DNA from: Arcobacteraceae bacterium
GTDB taxonomy: Bacteria; Campylobacterota; Campylobacteria; Campylobacterales; Arcobacteraceae
NCBI GenBank assembly: GCA_963662945.1
Contig: OY759974.1
Coordinates: forward strand, 800,001 to 864,000
Direction of reading: 5' to 3'
Length of the DNA stretch: 64,000 nucleotides
This document shows, in pieces, positions 26,832 through 37,601 of the stretch (position 1 is the stretch's first letter; each line of letters begins with the position of its first letter). The notes beneath the pieces are model-generated. The model saw only the letters and a list, made by a program, of their open reading frames with translations. It did not search any database and was not told the DNA's origin. A program made the translations under genes and the position numbers.

Positions 26832-27548
26832 TTGAATATAAAAAGATATTTTAATTCGTTTTTTGTAGCTTCTATATTCTATAGTTTCTTAATTATTACT
26901 CTTCTTTATTCATTTGAAGAAGTCAATATTGCACCTTCAAAAACACAACATTCAATCCAAAATGTCAAATTTACCCTTATTAATTTACCAAAAGAAATAG
27001 AAAAACCTGAAGTTGAAAAACAAGAGATTGTTAAAAAAGAACCTCAACCTAAACAAATAGAACCAAAAGTTGTTAAAAAAATTAATCCTAAAAAAATATC
27101 TCCTAAAAAAATTGTTAAAAAAATAGAACCAAAAGTTGAAAAAAAAGAAAAAGAAATTGTTAAAAAAACAGAAAAGATAAAAAAACAAATTGTTGCAAAT
27201 CAAATTAAAAAAAGTGACTCTACTGAAAAAAAAGAAACTGTAAAAACTGATTTAAAACAATTAAAAATGAAACAACATAAATATTATTCTCAAATCAAAC
27301 AAACAATTGATAAAAATAAATCATATCCTCAAGTTGCTGTACGAAGAGGAATTCAAGGTGAAGTAAAAATACAATTTACAATATCAAAAGATGGTGAGTT
27401 ACTTTCATATAAAATATTAGATGGACAAAAAATATTTTTTAAGTCTATCAGTGAAGCTATACAAAATAGTTTCCCTCTTATTCCTCCAAATGATATTTTT
27501 ACATCAAACCTAGATTTAAAATTAACATTACACTATAAGTTGTATTAA
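26832..27548 (+). CDS. tonB: Energy transducer TonB
   Basis: N-terminal TM, K/P/E-rich linker, C-terminal YPQVAVRRGIQGEVKIQFTISKDG. Confidence 0.92.
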   Translation: MNIKRYFNSFFVASIFYSFLIITLLYSFEEVNIAPSKTQHSIQNVKFTLINLPKEIEKPEVEKQEIVKKEPQPKQIEPKVVKKINPKKISPKKIVKKIEPKVEKKEKEIVKKTEKIKKQIVANQIKKSDSTEKKETVKTDLKQLKMKQHKYYSQIKQTIDKNKSYPQVAVRRGIQGEVKIQFTISKDGELLSYKILDGQKIFFKSISEAIQNSFPLIPPNDIFTSNLDLKLTLHYKLY

Positions 27549-27626
27549 TAATTCTTTCAACAACTTATAACACAAATTATAGTATAAAGCATACTACAAA
27601 TCATTTCATTTAAAAGAGAAAAAATT

Positions 27627-29195
27627 ATGAAACAATCACATTCAATCAATGGTGATATTTTTGGTGGAATTACTGCTGCAATTGTTGCATTGCCATTAGG
27701 ATTAGCCTTTGGTGTTGCTAGTGGATTAGGTGCTGCTGCTGGAATATACGGAGCAATAATATTAGGCTTTTTTGCCTCTGCATTTGGTGGAACAAAAACA
27801 CAGATTTCTGGTCCAACTGGTCCTATGACTGTTGTATTAGCCTCTTCTGTTGTTGTGCTGAATGGAGATGTACATGCTATTGCTGCCATGGTTTTACTTG
27901 CAGGAATTTTTCAAATAGTATTTGCTTTTTTTCAAATAGGAAAATATGTAAAATATATACCTTATCCTGTAATATCAGGATTTATGAGTGGAATTGGTGT
28001 CATTATTATACTCTTACAAATCAATCCATTTTTAGGTCTCAAAAGTCAAGCAGATATTATAACTATTTTACAAACTTTACCTACAAATTTATTACATATC
28101 AATTTTGATGCTATGTTATTAGCTACAGCTACACTTCTAATAATGTTATTAACACCATCAAAAATATCTAGAATTATTCCTTCTCCACTAATTGCATTAG
28201 GAATATTAACTTCAGTCAGTGTAATCTTAGGATTACAAGTAGAAACAATTGGGGAAATTCCTTCAACATTGCCTAGTTTTATAATGCCAACTTTCAATTT
28301 TGAAAATTATAAAACCATTATAACTCTTGCTATTACCCTTGCATTATTAGGTTCAATAGATACACTACTTACCTCTTTAGTTGCAGATAACCTTACAAAA
28401 CAAAAACATAATTCAAATAAAGAACTTTTTGGACAAGGTCTTGGAAATAGTTTATGTGCATTAACTGGTTCGCTAGCAGGTGCAGGTGCAACAATGAGAA
28501 CAGTTATAAATATAAAAAGTGGTGGAACAACACAATTTTCTGGAATGATTCACGCTATTGTATTACTTTTAATAGTACTCTTTTTTGCACCTTTAGCATC
28601 ACAAATTCCACTTGCTGTTTTAGCTGGGATTCTTATAAAAGTGGGACTAGATATTTTAGATTATAAGTTTTTAAAAGTTATCAAAAATGCTCCTAAAAAC
28701 GATTTACTTGTAATGATCACTGTATTTTTTGTAACTGTTTTTATTGACCTTATCACTGCTGTTGGTCTTGGAATTGTTTTAGCTTCACTTTTAATTGTAT
28801 ATAGAATTACAAAAGCGACAAAAATAAGTACAACAAATTACAGACCATCAAAATTTGATGAATTGTTTGAAGACGATCCTTATATTCGTGTAGTAAAAAT
28901 AGAAGGTGCATTGTTTTTTGGCTCAACTATTGCTTTTGAAAATGAGATTAACTCTCTTTTAGATACTAAAACACTTATCATAGACTGTTTAGATGTTCCA
29001 TTTATAGATATAACTGCTATCTTTACATTGCAAGAATTAGTATCGCATTTAAACTATCAAAATATAGAAACTATTTTACTTCTAAATCCAGAACATCAGA
29101 AAAAACTTTTAAGTGTAGATGAGGCGAAAATATTTGAAAATACTATTATTACAAATTCTTTAGAAAATATTCCAATTCAATGTAAAATAAACTAA
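27627..29195 (+). CDS. SulP-family inorganic anion transporter with a STAS domain
   Basis: GDIFGGITAAIVALPLGLAFG...SGPTGPM...GATMRT; GALFFGS. Confidence 0.95.
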   Translation: MKQSHSINGDIFGGITAAIVALPLGLAFGVASGLGAAAGIYGAIILGFFASAFGGTKTQISGPTGPMTVVLASSVVVLNGDVHAIAAMVLLAGIFQIVFAFFQIGKYVKYIPYPVISGFMSGIGVIIILLQINPFLGLKSQADIITILQTLPTNLLHINFDAMLLATATLLIMLLTPSKISRIIPSPLIALGILTSVSVILGLQVETIGEIPSTLPSFIMPTFNFENYKTIITLAITLALLGSIDTLLTSLVADNLTKQKHNSNKELFGQGLGNSLCALTGSLAGAGATMRTVINIKSGGTTQFSGMIHAIVLLLIVLFFAPLASQIPLAVLAGILIKVGLDILDYKFLKVIKNAPKNDLLVMITVFFVTVFIDLITAVGLGIVLASLLIVYRITKATKISTTNYRPSKFDELFEDDPYIRVVKIEGALFFGSTIAFENEINSLLDTKTLIIDCLDVPFIDITAIFTLQELVSHLNYQNIETILLLNPEHQKKLLSVDEAKIFENTIITNSLENIPIQCKIN

Positions 29196-29268
29196 AATGA
29201 TTACATTAATTGGTAATTTTCCTAGTATATACTACAATATCAATTAAGATATTCTACGAAGGTAATCA

Positions 29269-30843
29269 ATGAACATAAAAAAGTTGGTAAGATATAGTTT
29301 TGTCGTCATAGCCCTACTGGTGTTTTTTATATTTGGAATTAATAAAATTATTCTTTATCAATTCAAAGAAAATGACATTATCAAAGAGCATATTACCACA
29401 CTTTTATCAACTCAAGAGAATATGAATAAACTTATTAAGAATCTTGATAGAACTTTGACTGTTGAAGAATTAGAAAAGATGAAACAAGATTTTTTTACCT
29501 ATGAAAAAAAATTCGAAAATAGAAAAGAACAACTATTTTCAAAAAAAAATACTGATATTTTAGATTTATTTCTTTTAGAAATGAATGAACAAGAGTTTGT
29601 TAAATCAAACATCTTAAAACTTATTGAAAATGAACACCAAATAGAAATCTATTTTGATACTTTATTTGATATACAATCAAAAAAAATAGAATATCAATTA
29701 TTATTTGATGAACTTTATCCTGAAGAAAATAATATTAGAAAAATTGTAGAAGAGAAAATTCTCCTTAAAAATGATTTTAAACTTTTAAAAGAGTTATCAG
29801 ATATTAAATATTATAGTAAAGAGTTATTATTTCAACATCGAGATAAACTTACGTTTGATAAATGGCAACAAAAAATACACCTACTTATTATAGATTATCC
29901 AATTAATATATTAAAACAATATGAAAAAGTAACAAATGATATTGGAAATGTTGTTTTAAAAATAGAAGCATTAAAAAATGAAGAGATTCAGATTATAAAA
30001 AAAATTTCTCAAACCATCGCTTCTAGCAATGAAATCAATAAAACTATAAAACAAGAGATCGAAAAGTTATCTCTAGAATTTCAAAATATGGTATATACAA
30101 TTAGTAGTATTCTCTTTTTAGTTTTAATTGTATTTATCATTATACTTGCTTATAAAGTCAATAAAAATGTTTCAATGAGTGTTGATGAGATAGAACAGCA
30201 AGTTCATAATGGCTTAGAAGAGATTAATAAATTAAATCAAGAGATTGCAGATACACAAAAAGAAGTTGTATTTACAATGGGTGCTATTGGTGAAAGCAGA
30301 AGTAAAGAAACAGGAAATCATGTAAAAAGAGTTGCTGAATATAGTAAGCTTTTAGCACTATTTTATGGACTAGAAGAAGATGAAGCAGAGATGTTAAAAC
30401 AAGCAAGTCCAATGCACGATATAGGAAAAATCGCTATTCCAGATGCTATTTTAAACAAGCCAGGTCGTTTTGATGAAAATGAGCGACTCATTATGAATAC
30501 CCATGCACATTTGGGATATGATATGTTAAAACATTCCAATAGAGACCTTTTAAAAATGGCAGCAATTGTAGCTTATGAACATCATGAAAAATGGGATGGG
30601 AGCGGTTATCCTAGAGGTTTAAAAGGTGAAGATATTCATATTTATGGAAGAATTACTGCTCTTGCTGATGTATTTGATGCTTTAGGCAGTGATAGATGTT
30701 ATAAAAAAGCTTGGGATGATGAGAAAATATTTCAGCTTTTTATGGAAGAAAAAGGAAAACATTTTGACCCAGCTCTTATTACAATATTTTTTGATAATTT
30801 AAGTGAATTTTTAAAAATTCGAGACACTTTTAAAGATAGTTAA
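29269..30843 (+). CDS. Membrane-anchored HD-GYP phosphodiesterase
   Basis: Two TM helices; ETGNHVKRV, MHDIGK, HHEKWDGSGYP, ADVFDAL. Confidence 0.92.
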   Translation: MNIKKLVRYSFVVIALLVFFIFGINKIILYQFKENDIIKEHITTLLSTQENMNKLIKNLDRTLTVEELEKMKQDFFTYEKKFENRKEQLFSKKNTDILDLFLLEMNEQEFVKSNILKLIENEHQIEIYFDTLFDIQSKKIEYQLLFDELYPEENNIRKIVEEKILLKNDFKLLKELSDIKYYSKELLFQHRDKLTFDKWQQKIHLLIIDYPINILKQYEKVTNDIGNVVLKIEALKNEEIQIIKKISQTIASSNEINKTIKQEIEKLSLEFQNMVYTISSILFLVLIVFIIILAYKVNKNVSMSVDEIEQQVHNGLEEINKLNQEIADTQKEVVFTMGAIGESRSKETGNHVKRVAEYSKLLALFYGLEEDEAEMLKQASPMHDIGKIAIPDAILNKPGRFDENERLIMNTHAHLGYDMLKHSNRDLLKMAAIVAYEHHEKWDGSGYPRGLKGEDIHIYGRITALADVFDALGSDRCYKKAWDDEKIFQLFMEEKGKHFDPALITIFFDNLSEFLKIRDTFKDS

Positions 30844-30848
30844 AAAGA

Positions 30849-32159
30849 ATGATAAAACATATATTCACCAATAGTGCAGGTATTTTAGTTTCTAGAATTT
30901 TAGGCTTTTTGCGAGATTTATTAACTGCTTCAATTTTAGGTGCAAATATTTATAGTGATATATTTTTTGTGGCTTTTAAATTACCAAATCTTTTTAGAAG
31001 AATTTTTGCAGAAGGTGCTTTTACACAAGTGTTTATACCAGCATACGCAAAATCAAATTATAAAGTAAGTTTCAGTTCTGTCATTTTTTTACAATTTTTA
31101 GCTTTTATTATCATATTAAGTTTACTTGTCACTCTTTTTGCAGCACTTGTCACAAAAGTAATTGCTTTTGGATTTGATGCGTACACAATTGATTTAGCAG
31201 CACCTTTAGTAGCTATATGTTTCTATTATCTTCCTTTAATTTTTATTGTTACATTTCTAGCAGCTCTATTACAATATAAAAATCATTTTGCTACTACTGC
31301 ATTTTCAACAGCACTTCTTAATATTGCTCTTATTGTAGCTTTATTAATATCATCAAATATGGATAAATATACTATTACATTTTATCTAAGTTGGGGTGTT
31401 GTTGCTGGTGGTATTTTACAAGTCATCGTCCATCTTATAGCTATCAAAAAACTCAAGATAAAATTTTTCACAACCAATGTAAAAAAGAAAAAAAGAGATA
31501 TCAAACAATCAAAATTTTATAAACAATTTTATCCAGCTGTAGTTGGAAGTAGTGCTTCTCATATAGCTGCTTTTTTAGATACTTGGTTAGCATCACTTCT
31601 TGTAAGCGGAAGTATTAGTTATCTGTATTATGCAAATAGAGTATTTCAACTACCGCTCGCATTGTTTGCAATAGCAACTTCAGTTGCCCTCTTTCCAACT
31701 ATTGCAAAAGCAATTAAAAACAATGATGAACAAAAAGCACTAAGATTTATGAGAAAAGCTACAATTATCCTGTTTGCACTTCTTGGAAGTGCGACCATTG
31801 TTGGGATTGTTTTTGATAACTTTATTGTATGGCTTTTATTTGAAAGAGGTGCTTTTAGTGCTACAGATACAACACAAACTGCTCTTGTTCTTACGATGTA
31901 CCTTATTGGACTTTTACCTTTTGGATTGGCTAAAATTTTTTCTCTTTGGTTGTATGCCCATGAAAAACAAGGAATTGCAGCAAAAATAACGATGCAATCA
32001 CTTATATGGAATATTATTTTTTCTTTAATTTTAATCATACCTTATGGTATTGTTGGATTGGCTTTAGCTAGTAGTTTAAGTGGTTTTATATTATTATTCC
32101 AAACTTTAAAAGAGTTTGGTTATAAAAATATTGTATTATTACTTACCAATAAATTTTAA
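30849..32159 (+). CDS. murJ: Lipid II flippase MurJ
   Basis: SRILGFLRD, PNLFRRIFAEGAF, YANRVFQLP. Confidence 0.97.
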   Translation: MIKHIFTNSAGILVSRILGFLRDLLTASILGANIYSDIFFVAFKLPNLFRRIFAEGAFTQVFIPAYAKSNYKVSFSSVIFLQFLAFIIILSLLVTLFAALVTKVIAFGFDAYTIDLAAPLVAICFYYLPLIFIVTFLAALLQYKNHFATTAFSTALLNIALIVALLISSNMDKYTITFYLSWGVVAGGILQVIVHLIAIKKLKIKFFTTNVKKKKRDIKQSKFYKQFYPAVVGSSASHIAAFLDTWLASLLVSGSISYLYYANRVFQLPLALFAIATSVALFPTIAKAIKNNDEQKALRFMRKATIILFALLGSATIVGIVFDNFIVWLLFERGAFSATDTTQTALVLTMYLIGLLPFGLAKIFSLWLYAHEKQGIAAKITMQSLIWNIIFSLILIIPYGIVGLALASSLSGFILLFQTLKEFGYKNIVLLLTNKF

Positions 32160-32169
32160 ACTATCTTAC

Positions 32170-32257
32170 AGAGAAGTGTCTGAGTGGTCGAAGGTACTTC
32201 GTTGGAAGCGAAGTGTAGGTCAAACTACCGTGGGTTCGAATCCCATCTTCTCTGCCA
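32170..32257 (+). tRNA. tRNA-Ser(GGA)
   Basis: Acceptor AGAGAAG/CTTCTCT, anticodon arm CTTCG-TTGGAAG-CGAAG, long variable arm, GGTTCGAATCC, G73 and encoded CCA. Confidence 0.95.
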
Positions 32258-32461
32258 TTAAATTACTACTTTTATCATAATCACTGTATAAAAAACTTTA
32301 TTGAATTATGATACATCTTCATAAAAAAAGTCTATAACTCTCCTGTAAAATTTAATAAGTCTAAACCATTCCACTATATTAACGACACAATAATAGATAA
32401 ACCATTTCTTTAAAGAAAGATTATATTTATTTATGATATAAATATAGTAAAAATAAAAAAG

Positions 32462-33346
32462 GTGTACATTTTGTATAAAAAAATAATTTTATTTTTAACA
32501 ATAATTTTTTTACTTTCATCATGTTCATCTACAGAAGATCAAAAGCTTAAGATTTCTGCAACAACATGGATTGGTTACTCACCGCTTTATTATGCTAAAG
32601 AAAAAGGGTGGCTTGACTCTCTAAATATAAAGCTCTTACATGTAAGCTCACTAAGTGAAAATATGTACCTATATGATGCTGGTAATTCAGATGCTTATGT
32701 TGGTACGCAATATGAGTATGGTATATTATCAAAAAAAGATTCTTCACTTTTGCCCATAATATTGTTTGATCGCTCCAATGGTGGTGATATTATTATGAGT
32801 AATGTCTCGATACAAAAATTACAAAACACCACAGATAGTATTGATGCTTATTTAGAGATGGATTCTATCAATAATACATTGTTAAAAGATTTTATTCAAA
32901 AATATGGACTTCAAAATAAAAAGATAAACTATATTAATCGCGATCAAGCATATATATCTACGCTCAAAAATACACATAAGACAACTATTATTGTTACATA
33001 TATCCCATATGATATAAAACTTAAAGAAAACGGATTTACAAGCATAGCTTCTACTAGAGATAACTTAGATCTTTTAGTTATTGATGCCTTGTTTACAACA
33101 GAGCAAAAACTACAAAAACATAAAGAGCAGTTTATACAATTAAAAAAGTTAATAGATAAAGCTATCAATAGACTTGAAAAAAATCCACGTGAATTTTATG
33201 ATACTGTAAAACCATATATGAGAGATATAACTTATGATGATTTTTATGCTGATTTGGAAAACATAGTCTGGATAAATAAAGATATATCTCAAGAGTTAAA
33301 AAAGAGCATCAAAGAAACACACTTCCCAAGTGCTGGATTAATGTAA
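32462..33346 (+). CDS. NMT1/SsuA-like substrate-binding lipoprotein
   Basis: Lipobox LSSC; TWIGYSPLYYAKEKG; DRSNGGD. Confidence 0.8.
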   Translation: MYILYKKIILFLTIIFLLSSCSSTEDQKLKISATTWIGYSPLYYAKEKGWLDSLNIKLLHVSSLSENMYLYDAGNSDAYVGTQYEYGILSKKDSSLLPIILFDRSNGGDIIMSNVSIQKLQNTTDSIDAYLEMDSINNTLLKDFIQKYGLQNKKINYINRDQAYISTLKNTHKTTIIVTYIPYDIKLKENGFTSIASTRDNLDLLVIDALFTTEQKLQKHKEQFIQLKKLIDKAINRLEKNPREFYDTVKPYMRDITYDDFYADLENIVWINKDISQELKKSIKETHFPSAGLM

Positions 33347-33347
33347 T

Positions 33348-35339
33348 ATGTTGTTAACAATTCAAAGATTTACACAAATAGCACTTGCTACATTACTTGT
33401 TGTAATCTACTTTATATTTATTAATTATTATTTAGAACAAAAAGAGAAAATGTCTCTCGTTATGATAAAAAGTTTTAAAGATGATATGTCAGAACTTAGT
33501 TATGTACTTTCAAAAAATATAAAAAGTGATATAAGTGTTGATAGTTCTCGTGCAATTTTAGAAAGATATACTGCTAACAATGACTATCTAGCTTCAGTTT
33601 TAGTTGTAGACGGAACAACTGTTTTACTTACTACTAATCCTAGCTATAATGATGTTCCTTATACAACAGATTTATATAGTGATAAAACAATATCACATTA
33701 TGAAGAATTATTTTCAAAAAAAGGTATTGAGGGTGTTGTAAGATTTTATGAAAATGGTATACTTCATAACTTAAGACTTATATTTTTATTTGATCATAAA
33801 GAGATGAATACTCAATTTCATGAAAAAAAGATGTTTTTTATAGTATATTTTGGTTTATTACCTATTGTAATTTTGTTTGTTTCATGGTTAATTATAAGAT
33901 ATATAATTTCAAAACCCTTAGAGAAGTTACGTCAGTATGCATACTATCAAAGTGATGTGCCAAAAGCATTTAAAATCAAAGAGTTAGAAGCTATACGTTC
34001 ATCTATGGTACAGACATTTTCAAGGTTAAATGAAGAGCAAAAAGAACTATATAAAATGGCACGTACAGACCCTTTAAGTGGTCTTGCAAATCGACACTCT
34101 TTAAATGAGTATTTAGAAAGACTTATAGTAGATTCTAAACATGACAATAAAGAGTTTGCTTTCCTTTTTTTAGATATAGATCACTTTAAAAGTGTTAATG
34201 ATGAACTTGGACATAGTCTAGGTGATGAGCTATTAAAGTCTATTTCTTCTAGGATACAAGAGGCTATCCCAGAACACGATTTTGTTGCTCGTGTTGGTGG
34301 TGATGAGTTTGTAGTGATACTGCATCAGTACAGCACATTAACCGAGTTAACAAATATAATAGTTAAAATACAACAATCATTACGTACACAATGGGTAATA
34401 CAAACCCATCCTGTAAATATATCAAGTAGTGTCGGTATCGCTTTATTTGCAAAAGATGGGAAAGATGCACTTTCTTTAATGCAACATGCTAGTATGGCAA
34501 TGTATGAAGCAAAAAAAAATGGACGAGCTCGCTATCATTATTTTACAGAAGAGTTGAATGAAAAAGTAAAAGAGACAATAGCTCTTGATAAAATGATGAG
34601 GAAGGCACTAGAGGATAAAGAATATGAACTATATTATCAACCTAAGACTAGTGTCAAAACTGGTGAAATAATTGGTGCAGAAGCACTAATACGATGGAAT
34701 AGCCCTACAAAGGGTATGATTGCACCTTATAAGTTTATTCCACTCGCAGAAGAAAATGGATTTATAGTAGAACTTGGTAACTGGGTACTAAAAGAAGCTA
34801 TTAAACAACAGGTAGAATGGAGTAAAAAGGGGATCGATATTGTAGTATCAATAAATGTTGCGACAAAACAACTTCTGCAAAGTAGTTTTGAGCATAAACT
34901 AACAAAATTACTTGAAGAAACTGGTGTAAATCCTTCAAAGGTTGATATTGAAATAACAGAGTATCTATTTTTAGAAGAAAATGATAACAACTTATATACA
35001 CTAAATATGATACGTGATAAAGGGCTGACAATCTCACTTGATGATTTTGGTACTGGTTATTCATCACTTTCGTATTTAAAAAAATTTCCTATTGACAACT
35101 TGAAAATAGATAAAATTTTTATGGATGATTATAAAACAAAACAGGGTGCGATATTTATTGATACTATTGTTAACATGGGACAAACTTTAAATATGAATGT
35201 CATTGCAGAGGGAATAGAAGAAAAAGAACAAGTAGAGTACTTACAAAGTATTGATTGTGATTATTATCAAGGTTATTACTGTTCTAAACCATTACCAGTT
35301 GAAGATTTTGAAATTTTTTACAAAGAATACACTACATAA
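33348..35339 (+). CDS. Membrane-bound GGDEF-EAL c-di-GMP enzyme
   Basis: Two TM helices; DPLSGLANR, RVGGDEF, EALIRW, DDFGTGYSSL. Confidence 0.95.
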   Translation: MLLTIQRFTQIALATLLVVIYFIFINYYLEQKEKMSLVMIKSFKDDMSELSYVLSKNIKSDISVDSSRAILERYTANNDYLASVLVVDGTTVLLTTNPSYNDVPYTTDLYSDKTISHYEELFSKKGIEGVVRFYENGILHNLRLIFLFDHKEMNTQFHEKKMFFIVYFGLLPIVILFVSWLIIRYIISKPLEKLRQYAYYQSDVPKAFKIKELEAIRSSMVQTFSRLNEEQKELYKMARTDPLSGLANRHSLNEYLERLIVDSKHDNKEFAFLFLDIDHFKSVNDELGHSLGDELLKSISSRIQEAIPEHDFVARVGGDEFVVILHQYSTLTELTNIIVKIQQSLRTQWVIQTHPVNISSSVGIALFAKDGKDALSLMQHASMAMYEAKKNGRARYHYFTEELNEKVKETIALDKMMRKALEDKEYELYYQPKTSVKTGEIIGAEALIRWNSPTKGMIAPYKFIPLAEENGFIVELGNWVLKEAIKQQVEWSKKGIDIVVSINVATKQLLQSSFEHKLTKLLEETGVNPSKVDIEITEYLFLEENDNNLYTLNMIRDKGLTISLDDFGTGYSSLSYLKKFPIDNLKIDKIFMDDYKTKQGAIFIDTIVNMGQTLNMNVIAEGIEEKEQVEYLQSIDCDYYQGYYCSKPLPVEDFEIFYKEYTT

Positions 35340-35488
35340 AATAATACTTAAAAAAGTAACACTAGCATGAAGCTATATTAAATATATTAGGTAATTAATC
35401 CAAAATAAATAAACCTCTTAACCTTTTAGAAAAGAGGATTTAATAATAAGAGTATTAAATTATTTCAAATTATTTTTTTTCTACCATA

Positions 35489-36427
35489 TTAAAATGAACT
35501 CTTAAAATTCTCAATATCTTCAAAAATCAAATACAAATTTTCTACCTGATTTTCTTGCAAAATTGGATTCATCAATGCCCCTTTTGTATCAATATGCCCT
35601 ACTCCAACAAGATGTAATATTTCATGAGCTAGTATAGTTTTGAGTTGTTCTAAACTATCAAAACCATATATTTCTATCTTTTCCATATAGTTTTGAGTTT
35701 CTTTTGTTCTATACTCTTTTCCATCTTTATAAACTGTTTTTAGAACTGTTTTTGTATATCCTTTAGCAACACCTTTAATCTCTTTCATACTACGCATAAG
35801 TGTTTCTATTTTTCTTTGAAGTCGGTTATATTGGTTAACAAGAAGATTATGTGAAGATACTTTTTGATTGTAACTTTTCAAAAAATTATTATACTTTATC
35901 CTTTTTTGATCATATATGTTGGTTTCTTGTTTTATTTTTTGTTTCTCTTTAGATATATATTGTTTAATCTCATTATATTCTTGTTGTGATGTTATATTCT
36001 TTGTATTCATCTTTTCGATGTAAAGGTTTAACTTATGAATCTTTTGATTGAGATTTTTATTTAAATTTTGAAGCTCTAAAGCTTTCTTTTTTATATCATC
36101 ATCTTTTGATAAGATATACTCTTGAAATGTGTCAATTTTACTTTTTTGTATTTTTAATGTTTTAATTCCAGATTCTACATCTAATTTTTTCTTTGAAAGT
36201 GGCAGATACAATATATCGATTGGTTTGCCATCATTTGAATAATCAAATATATTTATATTAGTTTGTGTCTCAAGGATTTTCTCAATTTCCTCTATAATTG
36301 AACGAAGTTGTTCTTGTGTGATTTTGTCTTGATAATAAGCATCAATTTTTCCAATTTTTACTTTTTCATATTGCCCATTCAAATTAATAACAACAAATAT
36401 AAAAAGAAAAAAAACTTTTAAGAACAT
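35489..36427 (-). CDS. Secreted matrixin-like zinc metalloprotease with an internal coiled coil
   Basis: HEILHLVGVGH zinc motif plus ALMNP Met-turn; signal peptide; GGAG RBS before ATG 36427. Confidence 0.8.
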   Translation of the reverse strand: MFLKVFFLFIFVVINLNGQYEKVKIGKIDAYYQDKITQEQLRSIIEEIEKILETQTNINIFDYSNDGKPIDILYLPLSKKKLDVESGIKTLKIQKSKIDTFQEYILSKDDDIKKKALELQNLNKNLNQKIHKLNLYIEKMNTKNITSQQEYNEIKQYISKEKQKIKQETNIYDQKRIKYNNFLKSYNQKVSSHNLLVNQYNRLQRKIETLMRSMKEIKGVAKGYTKTVLKTVYKDGKEYRTKETQNYMEKIEIYGFDSLEQLKTILAHEILHLVGVGHIDTKGALMNPILQENQVENLYLIFEDIENFKSSF

Positions 36428-36533
36428 TACAACTCCTTTGAAAAATAATATCAAAAGAAATATTCATCTCATATTAAAATATTTTGGATATAATCAACAA
36501 AAATCTAACAATAATCTTACAGGAAAATAGTAA

Positions 36534-37592
36534 ATGATAAATTATGAAACTATAAAAAAGCTAATGTTCAATTTTGATCCAGAAACTGCACATCACATAG
36601 CTTCATTTGGTTTAAAAGCACTTCCATATTGCCGAACAATAAACAACTATATGGTAAATAGAAACTTTATAAATGATGAAATCTTAACTCAAGAGGTATT
36701 AGGGATAAAGTTTCATAATCCAATAGGTCTTGCTGCTGGATTTGATAAAAATGCAGATATGATAAAAGCTATGCCAGCACTTGGATTTGGTTATACAGAA
36801 ATAGGAACTATGACTCCAAAACCACAACCTGGGAATCCAAAGCCAAGACTATTTAGATATCCAGAGCATGAGGCTATACAAAATGCTATGGGATTTAATA
36901 ATGAAGGTGCTTTTGAAGTAATCTCAAATCTTAAAAAAGTATATCCGTTTGCTATTCCTATTGGTGCAAGTATTGGGAAAAATAAAGTAACTCCTGAAAA
37001 TGAAGCACTCAATGATTATGAAATACTTATCAAAGGCTTTAAGGATATTTGTGATTATTTAGTAGTAAATATCTCTTCACCAAACACACCAAATTTAAGA
37101 GACTTACAAAATGAAGAGTTCATAAAAGCTGTATTTGGAATGGCTAAATCAATTACAAATACACCAATTTTATTAAAAATTGCTCCTGATATGGCTACTG
37201 AAACAGCAATTGAATTGTGTAAAACTGCAGTTGAGGCAGGGGCTGATGGTATTATAGCTACAAATACAACGAATGATTATAGTCTACTACCAAATCCACA
37301 AGATTTTGGTGGAATTAGCGGAAAAGTTATGAGTGAAAAATCATATAATCTTTTTAAAGCAATAGCAACTGAACTTCATGATAAAACTACACTTATAAGT
37401 GTTGGTGGAATAAGTGATGCACAAGATGCCTACAGAAGAATAAAAGCTGGTGCAAGTTTGGTACAAATATACAGTGCTTTTATTTTCCAAGGTCCTTCAA
37501 TGTGTAAAAATATCAATGAAGAACTTATCTCATTACTAAAAGCTGATGGATATACAAATATAAGTGAAGCTGTTGGAGCTGATTATAAATAA
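36534..37592 (+). CDS. pyrD: Dihydroorotate dehydrogenase (quinone), class 2
   Basis: GLAAGFDKN, GNPKPRLFR, NISSPNTPNLR, KIAPD. Confidence 0.97.
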   Translation: MINYETIKKLMFNFDPETAHHIASFGLKALPYCRTINNYMVNRNFINDEILTQEVLGIKFHNPIGLAAGFDKNADMIKAMPALGFGYTEIGTMTPKPQPGNPKPRLFRYPEHEAIQNAMGFNNEGAFEVISNLKKVYPFAIPIGASIGKNKVTPENEALNDYEILIKGFKDICDYLVVNISSPNTPNLRDLQNEEFIKAVFGMAKSITNTPILLKIAPDMATETAIELCKTAVEAGADGIIATNTTNDYSLLPNPQDFGGISGKVMSEKSYNLFKAIATELHDKTTLISVGGISDAQDAYRRIKAGASLVQIYSAFIFQGPSMCKNINEELISLLKADGYTNISEAVGADYK

Positions 37593-37601
37593 GGAAAGAA
37601 A

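Noticed and set aside
26985-27260. A-rich quasi-repeats in tonB as a tandem repeat or contingency locus
   Set aside because: They encode the normal K/P/E-rich TonB linker and the frame is intact.
32170-35460. Possible genomic island integrated at tRNA-Ser
   Set aside because: No integrase and no duplicated tRNA 3' end seen downstream; the short open frames in 32260-32400 match nothing I recognise.
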